Assembly (NCBI GenBank): GCA_964352215.1
Contig: CAYGRE010000005.1
Span: 18,527 to 82,526, forward strand
Reading direction: 5' to 3'
From: an uncultured Bacteroidia bacterium
GTDB taxonomy: Bacteria; Bacteroidota; Bacteroidia; J057; JADKCL01
Length of the DNA: 64,000 bases
A program made the translations under genes and the position numbers. Positions 42,487-50,435 of this stretch are shown piece after piece. Each line of letters starts with the position of its first letter. Position 1 is the first letter of the stretch. The notes under the pieces are model-generated. The model ran no database searches. It was not told where the DNA came from and saw nothing but the letters and a program-made list of their open reading frames with translations.

Positions 42487-45312
42487 ATGTCAGAACTATT
42501 TAAAATGTCGCTCGTCCGGCCTGCTTATGGTCAATCTATTGTAGAGGCGAGAAAAAAAGCCTTCTTCACTCACTCGAAGGAATACCAGTCGGAGCGTTAC
42601 CTAGGCTGGCTGCGTCAAGCCAAAGCGGAAAACTTTCTTGAATTGGAATCATCGATGAGAAGCTTCCTTGAAAGCGGTGAAGCATTGCGGAGTCTCGATC
42701 AGATTCCTGAAATCTTACGCAAGCCGATTGAGTTTGCGCAAGAACACGGTTACGCATTTTCGGTTGCAGAATTTGCCCGTACCATCATATCGGAACCCAA
42801 GGCAAAGGAATTGGAACCCATTCGGCGAAAGACTCTGCTTCTCTTGCAAGACCAATTGTTGGCTGAAACCCAGGTCGTAGATGCCCAACCCGGTAAAGTG
42901 GATTTGCAAAAAGCAATCCTGACCTTGGAGTTGGTTCGCATGGTCGGAGAATATGGCCCTGAAAAGCTGAAAATGCCCGTGAAAGCCCTTTATGAAAAGC
43001 CGGTTGTTATTGACTTTCCGACAACCCTGCTTGAACACTGCGCTCGATTGCGGAATATAGAACCCTCCAGCACTGGTGACCCGAATAGCAATGGCGAGAC
43101 TAGAGATGATCCGAAGAAGGATTGTTTGTGTCACGAAAAAGAAGGCAAGGATCCATGTGACTGTAAATGTGATGAAAATTGTTATGAGCAAGATCCTTGT
43201 TGCGCTCGGATCATACCGTATGTGGCGGAGCTGTATGTGGTCAAAGACGAACTCAAGTGCTATGTCCCTGCGGAAATTTCCTACATCGAAAATGTAATCC
43301 ATGGAGAAACCCGGGAGAGAACGCACCGGAGACTTTCCAGGGAAGAGACTTATTTTGAGCGGGAAGAAGAAAAAAATACGGTTGAACAAAGGGACCATGA
43401 ATTCGAGGAGCGGTTTGCCTTGAAGCGTGAGGTGGAAACAGTGCTTCAAACGGAGCTTGGAATGCAAACAGGTGCCACATTTACCTATGGCGGCGACACC
43501 GCTCCCATGAAGTTTACCGCACATACAAATTTCAGTTTTGACCTTGACCGCAAGAACACCCGAAAGATGGTTCAGGATGAATCCAAAACCGTAATTTCCA
43601 AAGCCCTTTCCCGAGTCGAAACGAAGGTGCGGACCCTGACCAGCCGACGGGTGATAAATGAAATTGAGGAAACCAATCACCATGTACTTAAAGGATTAAC
43701 CGGTGACATGTCTCGTCAATTCTTGAATGTCAATCAACTCTGCAAGGCACAGGTATTTAGCTATGGTTCGCGGATGATGCTGGACCTGTACCTGCCCGGA
43801 CCTTCCGAGTTGTTCAAGCGGATGCTTGAGAAAGAGTTTGGCGGAGAAAAGCCAGAGAAGCCCTGTATCAACATCGAAGACATTCAGCCAAGGGATTATG
43901 ACAAGTATGTCCAGTGCTATGGATTTACGGACCTCGAACCTCCTGTCATGCCGCTTCCCCCCAAAACAATGACTTTAGAGATCAAGAGGGAAAAGCCCAA
44001 AAAAGGCGGTAGCAACTGGGGTGAAACATACCCAATTACCATTCCGGCAGGTTACTATGTCTCAGAAATGAAACTTGACAATTCGGTGATTAATGCCAGT
44101 GGTATCGTCTTAAATAAAAGTAATCATTATGTCAGTTTTAACTTTGGCGGGCGAACCTTGGTCGATACGATGGACAATACTTCTCCGCCAGATGATTTCG
44201 GTCCAAAGACAGGCATGAATGTTTCTGGGGCGGGTAACGCGACTATTTCTACGAAGTGGCTCAAAAGGTTTGATATTCGGATTCAGCTGAAGCTCACCCC
44301 CCTTCCAGTTGACAATTCCGGATGGCAGCGAGAGGTCTGGCGCCGCATTTATGAAAAATATGAGCTGGAGTTGGCGGCCTATGAAAAGGCATTGAGTGAG
44401 CATGAAGACGACAAGCGGAGAAAGTACAATCAAAATCCGGGGATTCTTTCGGAATTGATGAAGGAACAGCTCAAGCATGCTGCAATCTCCTATATATCAT
44501 GCCAGTTTTTCGATAACAACAATGCGCTGGTCAATCGGGTGGAACCTTGCGGATATCCTCAGATGGACCTGCGTGAGACAAAACGGGAAGGGCAGTTTAT
44601 GCGATTCTTTGAGCAGGCGTTCGAGTGGAATTTCATGAGTTACATGCTCTATCCCTACTATTGGGACCGCAAATACACCTGGGAGGACAAACTCGGGGAA
44701 CAGTCAGAAAACAACCTCTTCACAAAGTTTCTTCAATCGGGCGGGGCACGTATAACCATTCCGGTAAGGCTGCTGTTTGAAGGGTTCGTAAACTTTTTCC
44801 TGCAAACACGGCGGATCTGGGGCCCCACCGGTACGCCCCCATCCTTTAGTGATCCTGCATTCCTTGCCATTGAACAGGAGATCAGGGAAAGCATGAATAA
44901 TTTCAATGCCGACCGCGATGGGGAGGTGATTTGTGACACCAGCTTAGGCCTGGCAGCAAACCAGATCGTTTTGCGGAACAGTTCCGAATACCTTGATTTT
45001 ACCAACCCTGCATTTCCTGTTTACGACCAGGCACTGGCAGACCTGGACCATGACCGGGAGATTTTCGTCAATTGTAAGCGGTACCGGATCATGTCCATTC
45101 ACAAAGACATATCCACTGGCGAAATCATCCTGACGCTCGATCGGGACTTTGATGAGACAAAGGACTTCCCTTGGGATTGGTCTACCGGAGCACTATTTAT
45201 CGGAGCAGCTTGGGAGTTCCTCAAGCCGACCTCTTTGATCTGGTTGAGAGAAGAATCTCGCTGCCTCCCCTGTTATCCCATTGCTTGTACTGAAAATGCT
45301 GTAGTATTATGA
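42487..45312 (+). CDS. Large uncharacterised protein (941 aa), first gene of a coupled two-gene operon
   Basis: There is no signal peptide, no Walker A and no HExxH. An 8-Cys cluster DCLCHEKEGKDPCDCKCDENCYEQDPCCA lies at 43120-43221. A highly charged segment reads YIENVIHGETRERTHRRLSREETYFEREEEKNTVEQRDHEFEERFALKREVE. The C-terminus is aromatic-rich: FEQAFEWNFMSYMLYPYYWDRKYTWEDKL. Confidence 0.8.
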   Translation: MSELFKMSLVRPAYGQSIVEARKKAFFTHSKEYQSERYLGWLRQAKAENFLELESSMRSFLESGEALRSLDQIPEILRKPIEFAQEHGYAFSVAEFARTIISEPKAKELEPIRRKTLLLLQDQLLAETQVVDAQPGKVDLQKAILTLELVRMVGEYGPEKLKMPVKALYEKPVVIDFPTTLLEHCARLRNIEPSSTGDPNSNGETRDDPKKDCLCHEKEGKDPCDCKCDENCYEQDPCCARIIPYVAELYVVKDELKCYVPAEISYIENVIHGETRERTHRRLSREETYFEREEEKNTVEQRDHEFEERFALKREVETVLQTELGMQTGATFTYGGDTAPMKFTAHTNFSFDLDRKNTRKMVQDESKTVISKALSRVETKVRTLTSRRVINEIEETNHHVLKGLTGDMSRQFLNVNQLCKAQVFSYGSRMMLDLYLPGPSELFKRMLEKEFGGEKPEKPCINIEDIQPRDYDKYVQCYGFTDLEPPVMPLPPKTMTLEIKREKPKKGGSNWGETYPITIPAGYYVSEMKLDNSVINASGIVLNKSNHYVSFNFGGRTLVDTMDNTSPPDDFGPKTGMNVSGAGNATISTKWLKRFDIRIQLKLTPLPVDNSGWQREVWRRIYEKYELELAAYEKALSEHEDDKRRKYNQNPGILSELMKEQLKHAAISYISCQFFDNNNALVNRVEPCGYPQMDLRETKREGQFMRFFEQAFEWNFMSYMLYPYYWDRKYTWEDKLGEQSENNLFTKFLQSGGARITIPVRLLFEGFVNFFLQTRRIWGPTGTPPSFSDPAFLAIEQEIRESMNNFNADRDGEVICDTSLGLAANQIVLRNSSEYLDFTNPAFPVYDQALADLDHDREIFVNCKRYRIMSIHKDISTGEIILTLDRDFDETKDFPWDWSTGALFIGAAWEFLKPTSLIWLREESRCLPCYPIACTENAVVL

Positions 45313-46106
45313 ACTACTTCAATGAAGCCTACCCATCGCCTCCTTCCGGAGGTGATGGGAAAGGGAAAAAGGGTGCCGGGCCAGTTACAATATTGTCACG
45401 CAGGCCGGGGGTATTGATTTGCTATGGAAATGGTCACGACTTAGGGAACTTTGGCGATTATGCCAAGTCGATTAAGAGCTTGGGAGATACCGCCCAGTAC
45501 AAATTCTCTATCGAAAAAACCCTTACCCGGCATTCCTTTGCTGCTGCAATTCTGAATTGTCCATATCAAATCAAGGAACTTCACCTTTTGAGCCACTCAA
45601 TTGGTGCAGGGTTGTTCCTGGGGTACTATGACAGCGAAATAGGTCAGGCAAGAGACGAATTCATAGAAGATAACCCACTTCCAACCTATGAGCAGATTGT
45701 CAATTTTGAAACGGGTGTTCTACTTACTGACCACTTGGTAAGCTCTAATTTTGATCCTGCTTACCGAGCATTACTCAGGAATAAGCTTTCCGAATGCAAA
45801 TTCCTTAAAATATGGGGCTGCAATTCAGGTGTTGAAAATTGGGTCTATAATGATGGTTATTGGGGGATCTTGAATGGAAAGAATTCTCCCAAACCATCCA
45901 TAGCCCAAGCGCTGGCAAACTACCTTGACATTCGAACTTTGGGTGCTAAAAGTGGTAGTAGTCCGGAGTATTTGATCAATGGGAAATGGGTTTCAGGCAA
46001 AGATTATTCCACCCAAACCGGCAAATCGTATCCATATCCAAACGAATACAAAGAGATCAGGTTGCATCCCGATACTGGCGATTACCATCCATTTGATCCG
46101 ATCTAA
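45309..46106 (+). CDS. Uncharacterised putative hydrolase (265 aa), second gene of the coupled operon
   Basis: Its ATG (45309-45311) overlaps the upstream TGA (45310-45312). The motifs are LHLLSHSIGAG (S95-H96-S97-I98-G99, 45591-45605; GxSxG-like) and FLKIWGCNSG (C171, 45819-45821). There is no signal peptide. Confidence 0.75.
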   Translation: MNYFNEAYPSPPSGGDGKGKKGAGPVTILSRRPGVLICYGNGHDLGNFGDYAKSIKSLGDTAQYKFSIEKTLTRHSFAAAILNCPYQIKELHLLSHSIGAGLFLGYYDSEIGQARDEFIEDNPLPTYEQIVNFETGVLLTDHLVSSNFDPAYRALLRNKLSECKFLKIWGCNSGVENWVYNDGYWGILNGKNSPKPSIAQALANYLDIRTLGAKSGSSPEYLINGKWVSGKDYSTQTGKSYPYPNEYKEIRLHPDTGDYHPFDPI

Positions 46107-46138
46107 ACAAGACCATTTTTAACGTTTAGAACCTATGT

Positions 46139-46184
46139 GGATCCGTTCGACTATCTGAAGTCGGGCGGGTCCGTTGTTTTTTGG
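46139..46184 (+). terminator. Rho-independent terminator of the 42487-46106 operon
   Basis: ggatccgttcgac (46139-46151) pairs with gtcgggcgggtcc (46160-46172). This is a 13-bp stem with three G-U pairs and an 8-nt loop, followed by gttgttttttgg. Confidence 0.7.
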
Positions 46185-46310
46185 AATCTACTTCGAGAGA
46201 GGTACTCCCTCTTTTCGGACCCCTCTGCTCAACGTCATTTTCGTTCTTTTTAGTGGCGCGAAGGACGATAAAGTAAATGAATTTTTAATCCTTCCCGGCA
46301 AGCGTGCCCC

Positions 46311-46672
46311 GCCCTCGGCAGAGGGCACCCGGACCCTCGGCTGAGGGCCCGGCAAGGTACGCTGGAGGGCCTACTTGGCCCTCTGTGGAGCGTGAGAAGG
46401 CCCTCCAGAGGGCCGGACCTGCCCACTTGGGCAGCATAAAGCCACCCTCAGGAGGGCTTACCGTGATGGTCAGCCGAGCATAAGAGGACCCTCCAGAGGG
46501 TCACCGACAAGGGTCAGCCGAAGGTAACTCGCCCCTCCAGCGGGCCAAACCCGGCCCGCTGGAGTGCAATGACCACCCCTCCAGAGGGTCGCAACGCCCC
46601 CCTCGCTGATCCCCAAAGACCCCCAGGAGAACGTACCGGGACCCTCCGCCCGACCTGTCGTGACCCTCCAGC
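46311..46672. repeat. Cluster of at least 8 short CCCTC...GAGGG-type palindromes (REP/BIME-like), including dispersed-element copy 3 at 46321-46340
   Basis: Examples are gccctcggcagagggc, ccctcggctgaggg, gagggcctacttggccctc, ggccctccagagggcc, ccctcaggaggg and gaccctccagagggtc. There is also a perfect 12-bp-stem hairpin ctccagcgggcc/aaaccc/ggcccgctggag at 46535-46564. Confidence 0.7.
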
Positions 46673-46791
46673 CTACCTGAACCGACCCCTGGCCGGGCAT
46701 CCATATACCCTCAGCTATGGGTCCGATCACCCAAAAGGGGGGGGTTGAGAAGCAGGCACCTTAGCAAAGGAAAATTCGTTATTATTGCACT

Positions 46792-46998
46792 ATGAGTGAA
46801 CAGCTCCGTGAAATATTGAAACTCAGCGTGTCGGAAAGAATATTCCTGGTGGAAGCCATTTGGGATAGCATTTCCGAAGAGCCTCAGCAACCTGAGCTTA
46901 CCAATAAACAAAAAGAACATCTTAAGAGGAGACTAGAAATGTATCGGAAAAACCCTGAAAATCTCCTTTCCTGGAAACAGGTGAAAGATTCCCTTTGA
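46792..46998 (+). CDS. Type II antitoxin, addiction-module component (Unstab_antitox-like)
   Basis: The sequence is MSEQLREILKLSVSERIFLVEAIWDSISEE...LKRRLEMYRKNPENLLSWKQVKDSL. It has a 4-bp ATGA overlap with the downstream toxin. Confidence 0.75.
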   Translation: MSEQLREILKLSVSERIFLVEAIWDSISEEPQQPELTNKQKEHLKRRLEMYRKNPENLLSWKQVKDSL

Positions 46999-47321
46999 TG
47001 AGCCAGGGACATCAAATATTTTTTCTTCCTATTGCCAGAGATGACATTCAAGATGCCAAAGACTGGTACGAGGAACAACGGGTCGGTTTAGGAAGTGAGT
47101 TTGAGTTATGTTTAGAAGTTTTTATTGAAAGCTTGAAAAAGAACCCTGCAAGGTATCCCTCCGTTCTTGATAGTATCAGGAAAGGTAATATTAAGAGGTT
47201 TCCCTATTCGGTGGCATACGTTGTTGATGAACAGAAAGTCATCGTATTAACGGTAATGCACGTCAAAAGAAACCCCCAATATCTATTAAATAGAATTCAA
47301 GAAACTGGGTTTGATAGGTAG
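46995..47321 (+). CDS. Type II toxin, RelE/ParE family
   Basis: This 108-aa ORF reads IFFLPIARDDIQDAKDWYEEQRVGLGSEF...NIKRFPYSVAYVVDEQKVIVLTVMHVKRNP. Confidence 0.75.
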   Translation: MMSQGHQIFFLPIARDDIQDAKDWYEEQRVGLGSEFELCLEVFIESLKKNPARYPSVLDSIRKGNIKRFPYSVAYVVDEQKVIVLTVMHVKRNPQYLLNRIQETGFDR

Positions 47322-47325
47322 TTAG

Positions 47326-47470
47326 AGGTCCGAGCTCTCGCGCGGAAGGTCCGAGCTCTCGCGCGGAAGGTCCGGGCTCTCTCGCGGAAGGTCCGAGCTC
47401 TCGCACGGAAGGTCCGAGCTTACTACCTGGGAGGTCTGAGCTTACTACCCCGGAGTTCTGACCTCTTTCG
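47326..47470. repeat. 21-bp tandem repeat array (~7 units, degenerating rightwards) starting 5 bp after the toxin stop
   Basis: The units are aggtccgagctctcgcgcgga (x2), aggtccgggctctctcgcgga, aggtccgagctctcgcacgga, aggtccgagcttactacctggg, aggtctgagcttactaccccgg and agttctgacctctttcgcgg. Confidence 0.75.
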
Positions 47471-47862
47471 CGGTAGCCTTTTGCTATGTGACGTGTAGCT
47501 AAAGGCTACGGAGCGTGTGTTCTTAACTGAGTGGAAAAGTACACTTTTAGTGGTCTTTATTCGGCATTTTGCTCCATTGGGCTACCCATTAGGCTATTTT
47601 CCTTAAAGCCCGGCACGTCTACCAAAAGGGTGCATCCCAATCAGCCTTTTTCCTGGCACCACGCTGACAAAATGCCACCAATTCGACCCAATTTCCCCAA
47701 AACCTTCCTCCTACTCTTCGTGGTGCAGTTGGGTCGACTGCCAAAAGCGGCCTTTAAGGCCACTCAGGACTTGTTATAGCAATATCCAGCGCAACCGCCA
47801 CCAAGGTTCTTTGCTCGAATATAGTGAGTTCGGAGCTTACTGGTAGTAAGCTCAGACCTCCC
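47429..47862. repeat. Perfect 21-bp inverted repeat pair bracketing ~392 bp of non-coding-looking DNA
   Basis: 47429-47449 gggaggtctgagcttactacc is the exact reverse complement of 47842-47862 ggtagtaagctcagacctccc. Related degenerate units continue to ~47960. Confidence 0.7.
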
Positions 47863-48240
47863 TCACGGAAGGTCTGGACTCGCCACTGGGAGCTCAGACC
47901 TCCCTTCGAGGAGGTAAAACCTCTTTGCCAGGAGGTCCGAACTCGCCTTCATGAGTTCCGAACTTCATTTCCAGGCAGGAATCGACGATTTTGAATTTTT
48001 CCCCAGATGGAGATGAAAAGGGTGAAATGCATTGTTTGGAGGTATTTTGGTACAATTCCGACCTGTTTTGGAGCGAATTCGGGTGGTTTCCATCCTTGGT
48101 TCTCCAAGAATGTCTCCAAAAAGCGGCATTTGATCTATTGGCTGTCGCTCTGATTGTTTAACCTGGCAAAAAGAAATAAATTGTTCTATTGAACCCGCGA
48201 CCTTCAGTTTCGATCATAATGAATACCTTAATTTACGCTC

Positions 48241-50013
48241 ATGTATAAGTCTGTCCTTTTCCTCCCCGTTTTGGCGGTTTTGCTATTCCTAAGCAGTTGT
48301 GGCGCTGATTCATCCGGGTCTGGCAATGGCTCTTCCGGCGATGATTCTGATTCGCTGTCTGGGGTTCAGGCCAACCGCCAGCCCTCCGCTACATTTGCAG
48401 ACTTCATCAACCAGTATCCTGAGTTGAATACCCCTCTGGAGATCGACGAAGATTTTATCCCTGAATTCAAGGCGGCAAACAAGAGCAGCGAAATATTGCA
48501 AGAGGATATTCAGCAGTACTTGTTCGGTGCTCCCGGTTACGCTAAAAAGGGCCATGTAGCCAGTGACGGGGAGGTCATCCCGGACTATTTTGCCTTGGGA
48601 AAACAGGCTCTGGGCGATGGAAACTGGTTGGTATTGACGGTGATGGAAAGCTATGGGAACTATCTGGTGGCGACGACTTTTGACCAGGATGGAAATGCCA
48701 TTGATGGTACTTTTCTCGCTGAATTTCCGGAAGATGGCTTGCTGAAAACAACCACCAGTATCGGTGATGATCTGAGGGTTGATCTGTCTACGAAGGTGGT
48801 CGAGAGTTTCGATGAGGATGGGAAACCGGAGTATTGGCGGGATTACCGGGTAGAAATGCAGGTCATGGCTGATGGGGAGATTTATGGTAAGGACAAGCGG
48901 AATTTTCAGGAGTTCACCCATTCCTTTGCGCGCATTTCCTATACTGAGTTTTTCAAGGATGAGGACTACCGCGCGGATGCTGTGGGGACTTTGTTGTCGG
49001 ATGAATGGGTGGAACGGTATATCTGCAAGGTGAAGGGTAGCAAGTGGAGTTGCATCAACGGCAAGGAAGAAAATTACGAGAATGATACGCCGCTCTCTTA
49101 CTATGCGGTGGGTTATGGGAAGATCAACCGGGAAGAAGATGGCCTGGAAAATCTGGTGCTCCTGCTGTACCAACAATACAAGCCCAAGGGCAACTATCCG
49201 GGGGGTACGCTCTTCCATGCGACCTATACGGAAAATGGGGAACTGGTGCACCGTGCTCCCATCGCTGGGGGCCGGGCGGCCAATATGCGGCGGAATGGTG
49301 CGATCAAGGATTTCAATTATTTTGAGGTATTTGAAACGACTTTTCAGGAGGAGGAGGCGGACTTGCGGGCGGTACAGGGACACCATACGATATTCTACAA
49401 TCTGAACCCGACCGGGGAATGGGAAGCCACTCACAATGAAAGTACCGGGCAGAAAACGGTGAAGTTCTATTTGCATGAGTTGGTTGACCGGCAGGTTTAC
49501 CATCCTCAGATTCTGGGGACGGGTGGGACCGCGATTGCCTGGGAGGAGAATGCCGGTGTGAAGGCCGGGTTGGCGGCACATTATGCGAGTGAATCGGGTG
49601 GTCCGGGCTTGAGCTTCATCAGCGCCGGGTACAATTATTGTCTGGTGAATCTGGATGAAGATCCGGACAAGGAGGCGGTGGTGGAGATGGCTGGGATCTG
49701 TGGCTCCGGGGGCTGCACCTTGCTGGTCCTGGACCAGGATGAAAGTGGTGCTTACAAGGTCCATTCGGAGATCGGCTTGTTTCGGGCTCCTCTGTATGTG
49801 CTGAACGACCGGCACAATGGATGGCATGACCTGGCCTTTGTCGTTTCCGGGGGTGGCGCCAAGGTGGAGATGAAAGTCCAGCAGCATGGGCCCGATGGGT
49901 ATCCTGAAAATCCTACCGTGGAGCCTGCGACGGTGTTGGAAGGAACAGCCCAGGGGAAGGCGGTGCTGATCGGATCGGTCCCTAAGTATGCGCTGTTCAG
50001 CTTGGTGGAATAG
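48241..50013 (+). CDS. Hypothetical lipoprotein (590 aa)
   Basis: The lipobox is AVLLFLSSCGADSS, followed by a Ser/Gly/Asp-rich linker. No family was recognised. The 525-aa antisense ORF was judged a shadow. Confidence 0.7.
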   Translation: MYKSVLFLPVLAVLLFLSSCGADSSGSGNGSSGDDSDSLSGVQANRQPSATFADFINQYPELNTPLEIDEDFIPEFKAANKSSEILQEDIQQYLFGAPGYAKKGHVASDGEVIPDYFALGKQALGDGNWLVLTVMESYGNYLVATTFDQDGNAIDGTFLAEFPEDGLLKTTTSIGDDLRVDLSTKVVESFDEDGKPEYWRDYRVEMQVMADGEIYGKDKRNFQEFTHSFARISYTEFFKDEDYRADAVGTLLSDEWVERYICKVKGSKWSCINGKEENYENDTPLSYYAVGYGKINREEDGLENLVLLLYQQYKPKGNYPGGTLFHATYTENGELVHRAPIAGGRAANMRRNGAIKDFNYFEVFETTFQEEEADLRAVQGHHTIFYNLNPTGEWEATHNESTGQKTVKFYLHELVDRQVYHPQILGTGGTAIAWEENAGVKAGLAAHYASESGGPGLSFISAGYNYCLVNLDEDPDKEAVVEMAGICGSGGCTLLVLDQDESGAYKVHSEIGLFRAPLYVLNDRHNGWHDLAFVVSGGGAKVEMKVQQHGPDGYPENPTVEPATVLEGTAQGKAVLIGSVPKYALFSLVE

Positions 50014-50104
50014 GCTTCTTTGAGGTGTTGAATTACACTTAAAGGACTATTTTTCCTAGTTATTCGCAGGGATTGATAAATTAAGAATTGCTTATATTTA
50101 GTAT

Positions 50105-50260
50105 ATGGAAGCCATTGACTACCGCAAATACATTACTATCGAACCTGGAAAGAGGGGCGGAAAACCTTGTATTCGAGGGTTGAGGATTACTGTATTTGAT
50201 ATTTTAAACTGGTTGGCCTCAGAAATGTCGAATGAAGAGATCATTTCTCCAGCTTCATGA
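50105..50260 (+). CDS. Short DUF433-like protein (antitoxin-like), apparently C-terminally shortened. It is below the ORF-track size cut-off.
   Basis: My hand translation is MEAIDYRKYITIEPGKRGGKPCIRGLRITVFDILNWLASEMSNEEIISPAS. The core matches the DUF433 pattern (GkP.I.GtRI.V..il), but the usual ..yP.Lt.edI..AL.yA tail is missing. Confidence 0.5.
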   Translation: MEAIDYRKYITIEPGKRGGKPCIRGLRITVFDILNWLASEMSNEEIISPAS

Positions 50261-50382
50261 AGTTGCTGTTTGAGCATAATCTATCTCACAGGCTAATTCA
50301 GAAGCTCAATAGTTATTTTCCGGATTCAGTCAACCCCCAAAATTTAGCGTTTTCAGCAATCCATCATACTCCTGTGAATTAA
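50257..50382 (+). pseudogene. Truncated DUF5615-like (PIN-like toxin partner of DUF433) remnant
   Basis: It has an ATGA overlap with the DUF433-like ORF. MKLLFEHNLSHRLIQKLNSYFPDS matches the family N-terminus, and a stop follows after 41 aa. Confidence 0.4.
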
Positions 50383-50435
50383 ATTCCATTCACTTGCTCC
50401 TCTTTTTTACCTGACCAATAGGTTTTTCACATTCA

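Noticed and set aside
30879-46106. The idea that the island encodes a contractile injection system or T6SS delivering the leaderless candidate effectors.
   Set aside because: No sheath, tube, baseplate, spike or AAA+ ATPase-like genes can be read in this window. The effector idea is kept only as a hypothesis needing genome-wide context.
46470-46730. ORFs 46470..46730 and 46501..46704 (Gly/Pro/Arg-rich).
   Set aside because: They lie entirely within the GC-rich palindrome cluster, so the open frames are a by-product of the repeats.
47326-47470. The 21-bp repeat array considered as a possible CRISPR array.
   Set aside because: The units are directly contiguous with no spacers, are shorter than CRISPR repeats, and no cas genes are present in the window.
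47531-47779. An 82-aa ORF inside the inverted-repeat-bounded segment.
   Set aside because: It has no recognisable motif and odd composition, and other frames are equally open. I treat it as non-coding until transcript or homology evidence exists.
48310-49887. A 525-aa minus-strand ORF antisense to the lipoprotein gene 48241..50013.
   Set aside because: Its composition (R/I/L/Q/P-rich, no motifs, no signal) is typical of an antisense shadow frame. The plus-strand product has a lipobox and normal composition. The long open antisense frame is explained by the sense strand avoiding the TTA, CTA and TCA codons.
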